64,000 nucleotides of DNA from the NCBI RefSeq assembly GCF_044704955.1, contig NC_091981.1, positions 103,602,001-103,666,000 of the forward strand, in the 5' to 3' direction. Below, piece after piece: positions 12,784 to 24,904 of the stretch. The DNA is from Pristiophorus japonicus. Its lineage: Eukaryota. The position numbers were made by a program, and so were the translations under genes. The notes under the pieces are model-generated. The model did not search any database. It was not told the DNA's origin and was given only the letters and a program-made list of their open reading frames with translations. The stretch's first letter is position 1; the number at the start of each line of letters is the position of its first letter.

Positions 12784-13411
12784 CTGTTTTTGGCGGATTC
12801 CTCTTCACTTTCATCCAGTCAAAGGTCTGTGCTGGGGGAGGGGTCTCAGCTGATGGGGAGCAGCAGGCTTCCTGGTGACTGCCATGGGCGGGTGACAGAG
12901 GGTGACAGCCTGCAGCGAGTGCTAAACTCTGCTGCTCTTGCCCGTAAGGGTGATGGGAATATTGGCCTGGCCCCACCATCCCACCATAGCCATGGTGATG
13001 AGGGCTAATAGCTGAGGCAATGTTTCCTGGGTAGACAGCAGGAGCACACTGAGGATAGCTTCCGTTGCCATCCGTCTCTTGATTCAATGAGTAGTGATGA
13101 CTGTAGCCTGTGTTAAAGCTCTGTGCTGGGTATCCTGTCCCACAGTTGGGGTGGGCACTGTAGGAGATGCCCAGGTTGCTGTGATGTGTGTAGCTAGTCT
13201 GGTGATGATGATGATGAGGAGGAGGACCACCTATTTGGATACTTCTGCTCACGATATAGCGGTCATCAGCGTTGCAGTTATTATTACTAACAGCACAAGA
13301 CTGATAAGTTGTAATTCCTTGATCAGCATGGTAACTTCTGGAAGAGCAGGTCCCAGTTTCTCCGTTAATGATGGGATAGTCTAGGAAGGAGTTCATCCTT
13401 GCATTGTCCAT
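12784..13411 (-). CDS. HOXA1: Homeobox protein Hox-A1, exon 1
   Basis: [14 protein letters not shown]-terminus, His tract and [14 protein letters not shown] hexapeptide region. Donor G|GTAAAT at 12783. Confidence 0.97.
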
Positions 13412-13532
13412 CTGTCACTGGGGTAACCAGCATGTAAAGTGACTGTCCAGCAACCTGGATGGACCGTGCCAACTTGCCCACTTCCTCAATGGGGCTGAAA
13501 GAAAATGATATCAATATACAGTGAAGTGTCAC

Positions 13533-13554
13533 CACGTGACCCGATCCGTCCAAT
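13533..13554 (-). promoter_or_regulatory. Hoxa1 proximal promoter E-box/CCAAT module
   Basis: CACGTG (13533-38), 11-bp spacer, CCAAT (13550-54), ~120 bp upstream of the ATG. Confidence 0.65.
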
Positions 13555-16500
13555 CGCGGGGTCCCCTGCGAAGTTTGCATGCTCTTGCTGGTGATCGATC
13601 ACTGTTTTAGTGGCATTTAAATTACAAACGCTCTTCCATCAAGGTTACGCGCATTATTAGCCCACAAATGCATTATACTTCAAAGCATGCCCGGCAGAAT
13701 GCAGCAGGAATTTATTCAAGATGCACGTACTCTCTTTTGCTTGGGTCTGCAATGGCATTAGTGTTACCACCGATCGCGCATCTATAACGGAGGAATAACT
13801 GGTCTTCTTCCGTACAGCAGCCTCTCCGTCAGGTAAGAAAGGCCGCTCGATGAAATACGTAACATCCAGGATCTAAAGAGCTATCGGAAATGTGTTAGTG
13901 CTGGCGTCGCTTCACAGTGTAAAAAGAATCAGATGTTCTTCTCTCCAGTCTTAGCTATAGCATTGTGGGTGAGCGGCGTTTCTTTCAATAGGACGGAAAA
14001 AGCTATGCAAAGCTGGTCTATTATGTGCCAGACCGCTTCGTGCACTATAATGAAAGAAAATACAGGTAACTGCTGCAGAGTTACATTTCGTTCAGACACA
14101 GGATAGGCTGTGCACATTTATTATTAACCTATTATACCCTCAGTGCTAATCCGTGCAACATAATTCTGAGGACGACCCTCAAAGCAAAGGGTGCAATGAT
14201 TGATTGGATTGAAGAGGTTTTTGATGCAGAGATTTGTATTTAAACTGTGTGTGATATGATGTGCGGTTGTAAAAGGAGGCGCCATGTCTCCACTGTGCAA
14301 TAATGCCACAAGGAAGCAGGCAACAGCCTATCAAGGTTTGGCCTTTGCCTGTACTCAGCTTTCTAGCTATTGGCATGGAAATGAGCAGGCTCTTCAATCG
14401 AACACAGGCTGGTGGGAGCATCGCCTCACGCAAGGGTTACGGGCAGCCAAAGAATCTTTCTATATTGTATTGGCTGCCTGCCTATTTATTCTGGTTGCAG
14501 CGGGAATCAGAATATTTTTATATGAATAATAACATCCCTTGGCTGAAGCAAATGTAAGCAAACGTGGCCGATTGGAAGGCGCTGCCGCCCATCTGTCAGC
14601 TTCCTGTAGAGCCCTCTCCGAGCAGTCGGGGTGGGTGGTGATTTGAGATCAATCTTTTGCACATTAAGAGTGACGCGGATCAGGGTTACAGACAGTAATT
14701 TACTCGGATTAATTAATTATGAGAAACGATGGATAATAGCTCGACTGTAAACAAGCATTGCGAAATGGCGATCACACGTGGACATTCGAGATTATTTCGG
14801 TATAGATTTAGGCGTTGAGCACCAGTGCGATCTAAAAACTCATGAATTAAAATAAATGTCCGATTAAGATTTGTGAAATATTTTTGAACGAGTCTTCCAA
14901 ATAACCCAAATAACCTAACTATAGTAGTCCACGTATCTTTGGACAATGCAGTGGAACACGAGTTGATTGATGTTAATTGAGGCCTGTGTGTGTTTTAATT
15001 ATTAAACGGACTTCATAAAGTGAGCAAAAATCTGTTTAAAAGAAAATGTCACAGGGAAATATTTTTTCAATATTTACTTATGGGCCATGGAACTTTTATG
15101 CACTGTTTGTACAGGTATGATGCTTTTACTCTGTGATCTGTCGATTGAAGTTCAGCAAAACTTCAGTTTAACTCCAATTGAGTAATGGCCTATTTACCTA
15201 TTATCCTTAAGCAGGCAAAATGAACACGGAAATGAATTGCAATGCACCAAGAAAAACACACGAACCCTTTTTTCGGAGTTTAGCGAAATAATATTTCGGT
15301 CGATTCTGTTCGCACTGGTAAATTTTATCGATTTACCTGGAAAATGCATTTTTCGTCTTCTATTAGACGGCAATTAGAAATCCTATTTTCGTGCATTTTT
15401 TCTCTTTGCACTTGCTAGTAATTCGGAACAAATGAAAAGCTTTACTGTAGCAAACAAGTCCGCCATCTTTATTTACTAGGTCTCAACATTCAGTGTAGCG
15501 GAAACTGACTGCTGAAGAAATCTGCATTGGATCGTTTTCGAAAAAAAACATTTAATGTCTTGTGTACTTTTCATTTTGAATTCTACAAAAAAGGCACTTC
15601 ACCCCCTCCCGCAGAGGATTTTTTTTCTTGTGGCAGTTTTCCCAACTATCCTGTGAGATGTCCGCACCCCTCGCCCCCGCACCGTAAACGAAGTGTTGAC
15701 TTTTATTTTAGGGTGATTGCCTTTTCGATTCGCCATTGTGGGCGGCGTGAGAGCCTGTGGTTCAGAGTAACCGGGCGAGCTTCTCGCGTTGTACTTTCGC
15801 GGTAAGGACACATCACCGAGTAACATGCCCATTATGTCGTGTAAAGACTTGTTTGATAGCGACAGCTTATTGACAATGTGTCACTATTTGCCCGTGCGGT
15901 TTGTTTTTAATAGGCAAATGTATCGCTTTCCTTATGCACTGGATACAACAAGCTGATAAAGAAAGTAATAAAAACGCCTCAACACAAAGTCAGTAACACA
16001 GTATGCAGTAAAACGTCCTTCCCTTTATTTCCCTGCTTAATGATTGAACAATTGGAACTCCAGCCCAGCAGTAGCCTCACTGTAAATCCTTACATTGTAA
16101 GTTCAAATTTGAAGTGAGTGCCAGCAGCAGCAATAGAAAGCGCTTTACACTTTACAAGAAACAGTGAAAATGAATTACGACTCAACGCCTACTATTTAGA
16201 AGCTGACAGGGGTTCCCCAGTCCAGGCAAATACGTAAGATGATTTTTTTGTTATGTGCTGCTGCGATTGATCCATTGGATGACATTCTCATTCATAAAAG
16301 GGCTTTGATTTATGAGTTTGGGAAGAATTACATCCAGAGCCAGTCCTGTCACTGCTTACGCAAAAGCCCAACGTGTTTCAGACCGCAACAGCAACATATA
16401 ATGCACCGCGGCTAATATTGAAAGTTTCTGTTGAATCGAAATAAGTGTTACAAGTTCTTCGGACGAGGGGGCATGGAGGGAGAGGGCTGTTACTGGAGGA

Positions 16501-17828
16501 TTAAAAAAAAAAAGAATGGTTGCCTAAAAATCCTAGTGCACAATGAGGATGCATTCCTACAGCTGTTGTTTTATTTATACAAATACTAATGTAATAACAG
16601 GCCAGAATATGCGTTGTGTTTTTATAAAATGTGGGCCAAGATTTCAGATCATGTTTTTGAAGTATTTTTTAAAAAGAATGTTGTTACAAATTAAACATTT
16701 GTGCTGAATAGATTTTTTAAGCGCTGCGCCAGCGCTCTCTCAAAGCGCACTCTTTCTTTTCTTAAAATGAAGTTGTGATTCTAATTGAATAAAATCGTTT
16801 GTCGATATTAAATTTCTAATGTACGATTTATTAGTAAAATAATAAACTGCGTGGTAATGCGTGAGTTTCTTAAGACCAGTTTTTTAAATAGCAGGATAAA
16901 CGGCGCTTAACGGAGTAAAACATATGCGAATTTATTTTGCTGATGATGACTGGCAGCAAGCGAGATAAGGAATAGAGGAATCAGCGTTAAAGATTAGTTA
17001 TGACATCAATAAATAAAGCAGTTTGTTTAATAACAAGCACACATGGACGTGGACACTCCTAAACTTTTTTCCTTCTTTCCTAGATTTTCTGAGTGGTGGC
17101 AGATGTGTCGATGGGTGTGAACTTAAGAAGATTTTTCTGCGAAATATTATATATATGGCATTCCTTTTGCTTTTGTTCAGATTATGAATGTGTTAATACT
17201 AAAATGTAGCGCCACATATTTTGTATAATTTAATAAACGCAATAATAATAGATTTTCCTAGTGCCTGGCTCTGTGTCACAAACAGTTTCGATCAAAGTTT
17301 TCAAACCCAGTTTTATTGTTGTTTCTGTGGAGTCATACAATAAAGAGCCTGAATTGTTTTATTCTTCTTCAATAAATGCTGTTATGAAAAATGTAAAGAA
17401 CGAGACTGACCAGACTGTTCAATTTTATTAATGAATTTATGTCAAAAAGAAATCAAAGGATATTTATTAAGTGAAAATAGTCCTGAGAGAGAAATGCTTC
17501 AGGATAGCTACCTGTAGCGTATAATACTTTGCTCTATCAAATTATTTATGACAATGCACCCTAAAATAATACAAAAGTAAAAGAGGGGAAAGTAAAAATT
17601 GGTCGATTTCTATGCAATAATTTTCATGAGGGACCCATGTATTGCTGGATGACGAGTTATGAAAGAAGGGGCATTAGTCCAAAGATAATAGCGAACTTTT
17701 GCAATTATAGATGGGCTTCGAAAACATTCAAGTTAATTAAAATGAAAAAATACTGACCATTTGAAAGGGACTGAAGGAAAGAAAACGAATTTAAAAGAAG
17801 GCATATTCTGCTCACAGCGACTTTTCAG

Positions 17829-18568
17829 TTAGTAGTTCAAATGCTGCAAATCGATTGTGGTTAGAGTATCCGTAAAAAAGTCAAAACTGTCAGCAGAAAG
17901 ATCCACAGGGCTGTCGAGGGACCCTGGTAAACTGGGCGATACTCCATCTGAAAGCTGTAAGCAGGATTCTGTGGAAAACACGCTAAAATCCTGTAAAGAA
18001 GGGACATCAAGGGCCTCTGGACTGTCATTGTTCAAGCCAGCTGCACAGTTCTGGGCCATTGTTGACAGGCAGTTTTGAACAGTGGGTGACTGCTGATGAA
18101 AATGTTTTAGATTTTTCTCATTGCTGGGTAAAGGCGAAACTGGGAAACTTTGGGCTTCTCCATTGTGTAAATTCTGGGCCTGCTGTTGAGTCAGTGCATT
18201 GGTTTGAAAAGTATAGCCTTCCCTGTCCAAGAGAGCGCCTGCAACATTGTTGATGCTTTGCTCAAAGAGTGACTTCTCTTCGTCATCTTCAGTCTGCCCA
18301 CTGTCCTCCAAACTCTTAAATTTGCCATCTCCGTTTTGGTTTTCTTTGCACTGGGTCTGTCTTTTATGCTTCATACGTCTGTTTTGAAACCACACTTTCA
18401 CTTGTCTTTCAGTCAAATCAAGCAAAGCTGCAATCTCCACCCGTCTGGGTCGACACAGATACTTGTTGAAGTGAAATTCTTTTTCCAGCTCCAAAAGCTG
18501 TGTGTTTGTATAAGCTGTCCTTAACCTCCGCGAGCCCCCGCCTGTATTATCCGGAATTTCATGAGGTT
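17829..18568 (-). CDS. HOXA2: Homeobox protein Hox-A2, exon 2 (homeodomain)
   Basis: [58 protein letters not shown] and the C-terminal [12 protein letters not shown]. Acceptor ttgtag at 18570-18569. The joined protein is 363 aa. Confidence 0.97.
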
Positions 18569-18809
18569 CTACAAATAAATAGAAGTGAATAACAATATTA
18601 AAACAGTTTATAGTCACTTGAACCAAAATTACATAAAATATAGACCATCCACTGCAACAAAATGGCCGCCTGAATGCAGTAAACCCATTGTTTCAATGTC
18701 TGCGGCTGTGGCGACTGCCACTTGCTAAAATATTAAATATACTGTAAAATATACGTGTACCAAAGCCCAATCTTGCAGCAAAGTTTGCAACAGCTTTTCC
18801 ACATTTGGT

Positions 18810-18940
18810 GATCTCTGCATCAGCTGCTTTACCATGAAAGTGCGCTCATCTATCACTCTTCATTACTGTCAAATATCAAAACTCTGGGATGGGGAGAGCA
18901 CAGAAGGTCATTTTCTGACTAGCTCGGCAAATAAATCATC
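18810..18940 (-). promoter_or_regulatory. Hoxa2 intronic rhombomere-4 enhancer core (Pbx-Hox and Prep/Meis sites)
   Basis: Minus strand TGATTTAT (18931-38), TGACAG (18866-71) and TGATAGATG (18847-55) within TTGATATTTGACAGTAATGAAGAGTGATAGATG. This matches the known organisation of the Hoxa2 intron enhancer. Confidence 0.75.
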
Positions 18941-19080
18941 CTCTATTAAATAAGTCGGCGAAAGTGTTTCGATCTCTTAATTATTAACTAGCAGCAAAAA
19001 TAAAACTGATTAAACAATTCATGCAAATAAGCGAGGCTAAGTTAAGGCAATAATTAGAAATGAAACGTCTTTGAGCTGAC

Positions 19081-19432
19081 CTTTCTGTGAAAGACAGGAT
19101 GCTGCGGGTCCAGAAGAAGCAGGCAGGTGATTCTTCTTGGAGTTTTTTTTCTCTTTCATCCAGGGGTATTCCGGAGGTAGAGTCGCGGCTGGTAAAGGGC
19201 TTGTGCCATTTGGGCTCTGTTTTGGCCGACTTTGGCGAGGGTGACTGCTGGGATTCAGGCTGGGGATGGTTTGCTCAAAAGGAGGAGGAATCACTGTCGA
19301 GTGTGAAAGCGTCGAGTTCTTGATTGATGAACTTTGAAATGTATCACCGACAGGGGGAAAAGATGTCAGGCACTCAGCAAGCGACGGCTGACTATTGATA
19401 AAACCAATTTCTCGTTCAAATTCGTAATTCAT
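19081..19432 (-). CDS. HOXA2: Homeobox protein Hox-A2, exon 1
   Basis: [26 protein letters not shown]-terminus and [12 protein letters not shown] at 19432; donor G|GTCAGC at 19080. Confidence 0.97.
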
Positions 19433-19616
19433 TGCCGTCTCCACAGAACGTAGGGGGAGAAAGTTAGGTGTTAGTTATTTTTTGGCCCGTTAAAAAAATA
19501 ATAAATATCGCTGCTGGTTTTTTTCTAATTCACTGATTACAGCCGTATGGGGACCGTGCTACTATTAAACTATTGAATTCATGGAGACAAGGTTGAAATT
19601 GGACCGAATTCGCTGT

Positions 19617-19638
19617 CACATGATTGCGTCTGCCCAAT
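19617..19638 (-). promoter_or_regulatory. Hoxa2 proximal promoter E-box/CCAAT module
   Basis: CACATG (19617-22), 11-bp spacer, CCAAT (19634-38). Confidence 0.6.
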
Positions 19639-20320
19639 GACAATTTGGGGTTTAATCAAAAGAAGGCACTGTCTATGTGATTGATCCAAAAAGTCGGAGA
19701 GGAACGCCTCATTCTGGGCCAGCAGTGTTTTGATTTCCACTTTTTGATCCATCTTCCCATAATAAATGTGTAAAAGATTTTTGTTTTAAATCTCGTGGAA
19801 ATCAGTTCACTCAGCCTTGCTTGTTTCTTTCTCTCCCCCTCTCTGTCTCCTGCACACTTGCTGGCTTCTCTTTCTCTGTGTGTTACCGACTGTCAGGAAG
19901 ACGACTTGCACCTCACAAATCATCTTGCACCTAAATCTGACGCCTAGAGTCATTAACAAAGTAATCCATTAATCTTCAAAGTTTTGACACTGGACCCCAG
20001 AACCCAGCCACATAAGAAGTTACACAAGGCGAAGCTTCAGCCATTTGCTTCATGTTTTCGTTGGGAGTTCGGTCCCCTATTATCATATTTGTACAGTACC
20101 GGATATTCTTTGATTATTGTGCTGTATGGAGGCTAAAATTCAAGCAGGAGGTCGAATGTGGTGGTGATTCTGGATACTACATTACATTATTTTTTATAGT
20201 CTTTTATGACCAACGGAAAACGTAAAAGGCATATCACTAAAGGTATTGTATTCTCTTGTGTTTTGTGAAATTTGTAACATCTAAAGATTAACTGCACGTG
20301 ATAATAGATTACTGCGTTTA

Positions 20321-20402
20321 ACACACACATACATACACACACACAGACACTTACATAAAATATATATATTTATATACATACACACATATATGTATATATA
20401 TA
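20321..20402. repeat. Compound (AC)n/(AT)n microsatellite
   Basis: Directly visible ac/at dinucleotide runs. Confidence 0.8.
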
Positions 20403-20739
20403 AATAAAACGAAACGGTTTTAATAAAACGATAACTCGCGTGGCATGGACGAAGAAATAAACTGTACGTTTGCTGTGAAAAACTTAACATTTCAATTTCC
20501 TTTTAAAAATTAATACTCCTTCTATTTAAATTATGAAGGGGCGCGGAGCAAAGTCACAATGCACTTATATTCGTTATGGCCATGCAGTATTTAGTAAATA
20601 TATCGGCACTTAGAAAAATTCTCTTTCGCAAACAAGGTATTGTAAAGTGCTGGAATTTTATTGAAATGGGCAAGGTGGAAATGGTAGTGATTTTCTAGGC
20701 CTCTGTTTTGCTTATACCGCAAACAAAGCTGTAAGGAAG

Positions 20740-21130
20740 TATGTGCGCTATCAATCTTGTTCGGCAAAAGGTCTGACAGCTTCTGGCCCCCAAGAACACA
20801 TTTGAAGCTTCTCTCTATAATGTCGAATACCATCAGTAAGAGAGTGGGAACCCTGGTTGGTACTTTAAATAGTTACAGAATATATTTTATTTATCATCAA
20901 CGCGACTGAAATATAACGCAGCAAAAGGTGAGTTCATAGAAAATATATAACTATTTAATCATTTATACTAGCTTTCCCTCTTTTAAGTTTGAACTGTAGG
21001 TTTTGGTGCTAAGCTACAAATGGAATGACCTTTTTTCAATTAAATGGGGCTTTGTATGTGAAATGTGTGTAGGTGTTGGCGTTCTGCAGATTTTCACAAC
21101 CTCACTGTTGCAAGGGCATGTGGGCGAAAG
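20740..21130 (-). promoter_or_regulatory. Probable Hoxa2 r3/r5 and neural crest enhancer
   Basis: Meis site TGACAG (20774-79) and Pbx-Hox-like AGATTGATAG (minus, 20748-57) within GCTGTCAGACCTTTTGCCGAACAAGATTGAT. BoxA-like ACAAAGCC (21048-55). Krox20-like GTGTAGGTG (21067-75) and ATGTGGGCG (21118-26). Lies 1.3-1.7 kb upstream of the Hoxa2 ATG. Confidence 0.65.
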
Positions 21131-24100
21131 CAAAGCGCATTTGATTCAGTTTGTTAGCAATACAAAATGGAATGAAACAGAAAATAATTTTACGATGTAA
21201 AAATGTTGATTTTTTTTAGTACATATGCTACTTGGCAAATTTAGGAAAAAGGCACATATCCCACAGAGAATGCTTCAGTTTTGCAACCCATACGGCTTGA
21301 AGAACTCCTGTTCTGTGTGTTTATATAAATAAGTAAGCGGCAGTTAGATTATCACTATTTTGTGAGTAAATCATGATTGTGTTCTGGGAGTAATTATGTG
21401 GCTTGATATTGTTTTTGAGAACAGACATTTAAGCGGATTCAAAACTGGAAACGTCATTCTAAAATGAGTTAAGGGAAGTAATAAATATTGAGTAAAATAT
21501 CACACTTCTATGGGATATTTCGTTGTAACATAATATTTGGAAACCAAGTAAATTTGTCAAATAATGTTTTAATATTTAATTATGCAATTTTACAGCAATC
21601 TTTTGGATCGCGTCTAAATCCAGACTTTTTAAAGCGTGCTCTCGTTAAAAAGGTTCATTTGCATGTATTGCACAGAGAAAAAGTTGACCCTGCTTATAAG
21701 AGCTCACAAAACAATTTAATTCAATCTGAATTTACGAAACTTGTGTTTTATAGTAGTTTGTTGATGTAATGTAGACCATGTTATGCTGAGGTAAAATCCT
21801 TCAGTTCGTCAATATGCGCTTTAATTTTATCACATTTAAAACATTGCTAGCTGAGTAAAGAAAGTCTCCTATGTATTTTGGATAGGAAGATAAATTAGAC
21901 AGCATGTCCTTTGGGAAGCTCTGACAGCGAGTATGCCGACAACATGGCGTCTCCTTTCTCGGCGCTCAGGCTCTGCCACATGGAAATTAATTTCCATTTT
22001 TTTTAATTGAGTACCAAGTGTAAGTGTTCTTCTTCGACCCGTTGTTCCACAATTTAAGAAACCTATAGTCACAACTTGCAGAGCAGTAATGGGTTTTCTA
22101 AAACTACATATATATATATATATATATATTTCTATGTGTATAGTTGATCTTTATGTAATACATTAATTGATGTCCATGCCACCTAATCTCAAAATATTAT
22201 TTTTGAAATCAATCTGCAAATGATTGTAAAATGGAATGGTACACTATCACTATATTTTCACTTTTGAGTTTTATTTGTTGGCCCGAGAAATGCGCACTGT
22301 ATTGAAAATGATTTGGTCATAGGAATTAAAAGGAATCTTTGGACATGTTGAATTGCAGAATATTTTATACATCATATTCTGTAGTTTTAACAGAACAGCT
22401 TACTGGTGAAAGAGCAAATGTCGAGTACATTCTACCTGAAATTAATAGCACATTTTAAAATAAGTAAGGGACATGCTGCATTTTTTAGTAGGGGACATGC
22501 CAGCAATTTTTTTATAAGGTTCTTTCGTATCTTATTTGAAATGGTCGGATGTTGAGCGGTGCGCATTAAAATACCGGAATCTACACAGACATGACTGATG
22601 TCTGATGTTTTATTATAGAAAATGCACCTCAAATTGTCTTTATTTTATAAAATCGTGACATATCTGGAATTTATATATTCAACGGCTAGAGTTTAAAAAT
22701 ATTTTTCAGTAGTGTTCTTAAATCAGATATGAATTGAAAATTAATAATACCAAACCCGTCTGAATCCTGACGTTTTATATTTTTCTTTCCCTCTCTCTGC
22801 ATATACAGGATACTTTGGAAAACGGACCAGGCGGCAATAGCAATATTTCTCTTGGCTGGTGAAATATTTTTTATCCAATGCAATATCTGTACCTTTTACA
22901 TGTACCATATATGTATCTTGATCAAACAAACCATTATTAATAATTAAATAAAATGAAGCCAGTAATGCCTCCTTGTAGATCTTTTCATTTCTTGCGTGGG
23001 GGAGAAAATGAGTCCTTTTCTTTTTCGGCCTCAATAAATGGAGCATTGGAGACAGATGCAAGCCACATGATAATGGATGGTGTTACAGTGTGGGGGTTGA
23101 AGCACTTGGTTGTAGCCACACAACACAAAGGAAGTCTGACTAGAGAGCTGTGTGCTTGTTGTATATTGCTGAACCAGTTTACATTTTCGCTAATATTTAA
23201 GAAGAAAAATGCAGTATATGTTTCAGGGGAGTTAACACTACAAGCAACACATTATTGCTGACAAAAAAATTTATTCGTCAGAACTAGCTGTTCAACGGAT
23301 ATCTTATTTGCAGCATGGAATGCATACCTAAAACAAAATTGTAGCAATTTTGTGTTCCATTTTAAGAATACTACAGTTACAGACTAAGTCCTTTGTCTTG
23401 GCGTTATTCCCACAATTGACCGAATTGTGTTTTTCATGAATACATTACTAACAGAAAACTACTTTTCTGTGTATTTTACAGGAATTAAAAAAAAACATAT
23501 ATTTACCATGACTTAAAACACAAGGCTGAACAGAACCAAGTAAATAGTCAATGTACAGTTCTCTTTATAAATATGCGTCGATGGGGATAAATAATATTTT
23601 AAACACTTAGAATATTCTCCTTTGCAAGAACAAATAAATAAATTTGAATGTTCACCAGCATACACACATACTGAAAGATGGACAAGAACTCTTATTTTCC
23701 CAGGGAAACCCTGTACAAGCGCTTTGATCTTGTTTTACCATTCAATGTAAAGAAGTGCAATATAAACCATTTTACTGTTCCTCGCAAGGAAAAATAAAGC
23801 ACGAACAAATTCACGTTAAGTAATTTTTAGAAAATTTGTTCATATACCCTGTTCCATAAGAGTAGAAGATTATATATGCAAAGTTCTGTAAGCCTTAGTA
23901 CTTCACTTCTACTACTGAATGCTAAGGCTGGAGTCCATGAAAAGAACAACCACTAATCAGAGACAGAGCAATGCAAGCAAGGATTGGTTGTCAATAGATA
24001 CAACATTACATGTAAACTATAAAGGTTGATACTAAATCAAAAAAGGGGAGGGGAAAAGAGGGAGTGTAATCATAGATAACATGACATAAAAGCATGAGAA

Positions 24101-24131
24101 AGTGATAGTCCACCAGGAGCTAACTGGTCCA

Positions 24132-24904
24132 TTACAGATGGGTCAGTTTAGGTGCTTCCTGAATTCTTCCCTGAGACGGATGGTGCGAAGAAAGGTCTGT
24201 GTATGTGGGATGTGGGTCGCAAGGTCCATGGTGATGGTTGCTGGTCATTGGCCCTGCACCATTGTAGTCCATGTTTCCAGAGGGAGGATGACCGAGGTGG
24301 GTTAGGCTGAAAAGGGAAGGCCCAGAGCTCGGCATGGATTCCACAAAGTTTCCTCCAACATAAACTGGGCTGCCTTGTAAATGAGGAGTCCCATAGCCGC
24401 CGTTGCCTTGAAGAGGGTGCGTGTCATATTCAGGCGTCACAGCTGCCGTCCCAGCATACCTCTTCTGTGGAGGCGGGCAACTGTTGATGGGCCCGGGATA
24501 AGACGTAGGAATAGCATAAGCATTTTGATGAGGTTTGCTAAAGGATGTAGGCGAGTGGGGGTCGTATGGAGCACTGGTTGCCAAGGAATGCATCGAGTTT
24601 GCATATCCTCCTGCAGCTGATGGTGGGATGGGGCTTCTGCAGGGCGACTGTCCTCCAGAGGAAGTTAGCATGCCTTTCGCTTTCTGATCCTTTTTGTATT
24701 TCATTCTACGATTCTGGAACCAGATTTTAATCTGTCTTTCAGTGAGGTTTAACAGGTTGGCCATTTCGACCCTCCGTGGCCTACAAAGGTAGCGATTAAA
24801 GTGAAACTCCTTCTCCAGTTCCACCAGCTGGGCACTGGTGTATGCTGTGCGTGCCCTCTTGGAGGCTGGACCTGGAGGACTTTTTTCACCAGCAGAACTT
24901 TCAA
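24132..24904 (-). CDS. HOXA3: Homeobox protein Hox-A3, coding exon 2 (homeodomain)
   Basis: [59 protein letters not shown] and the C-terminal [13 protein letters not shown]. Acceptor ttacag at 24906-24905. The joined protein is 408 aa. Confidence 0.97.

Noticed and set aside
19433-19444. N-terminal extensions in the ORF track for Hoxa2, Hoxa3 and Hoxa6, and intron-derived starts of exon-2 ORFs
   Set aside because: They arise from GTG/TTG starts or read-through into introns. Conserved ATGs and splice sites define the real CDS.
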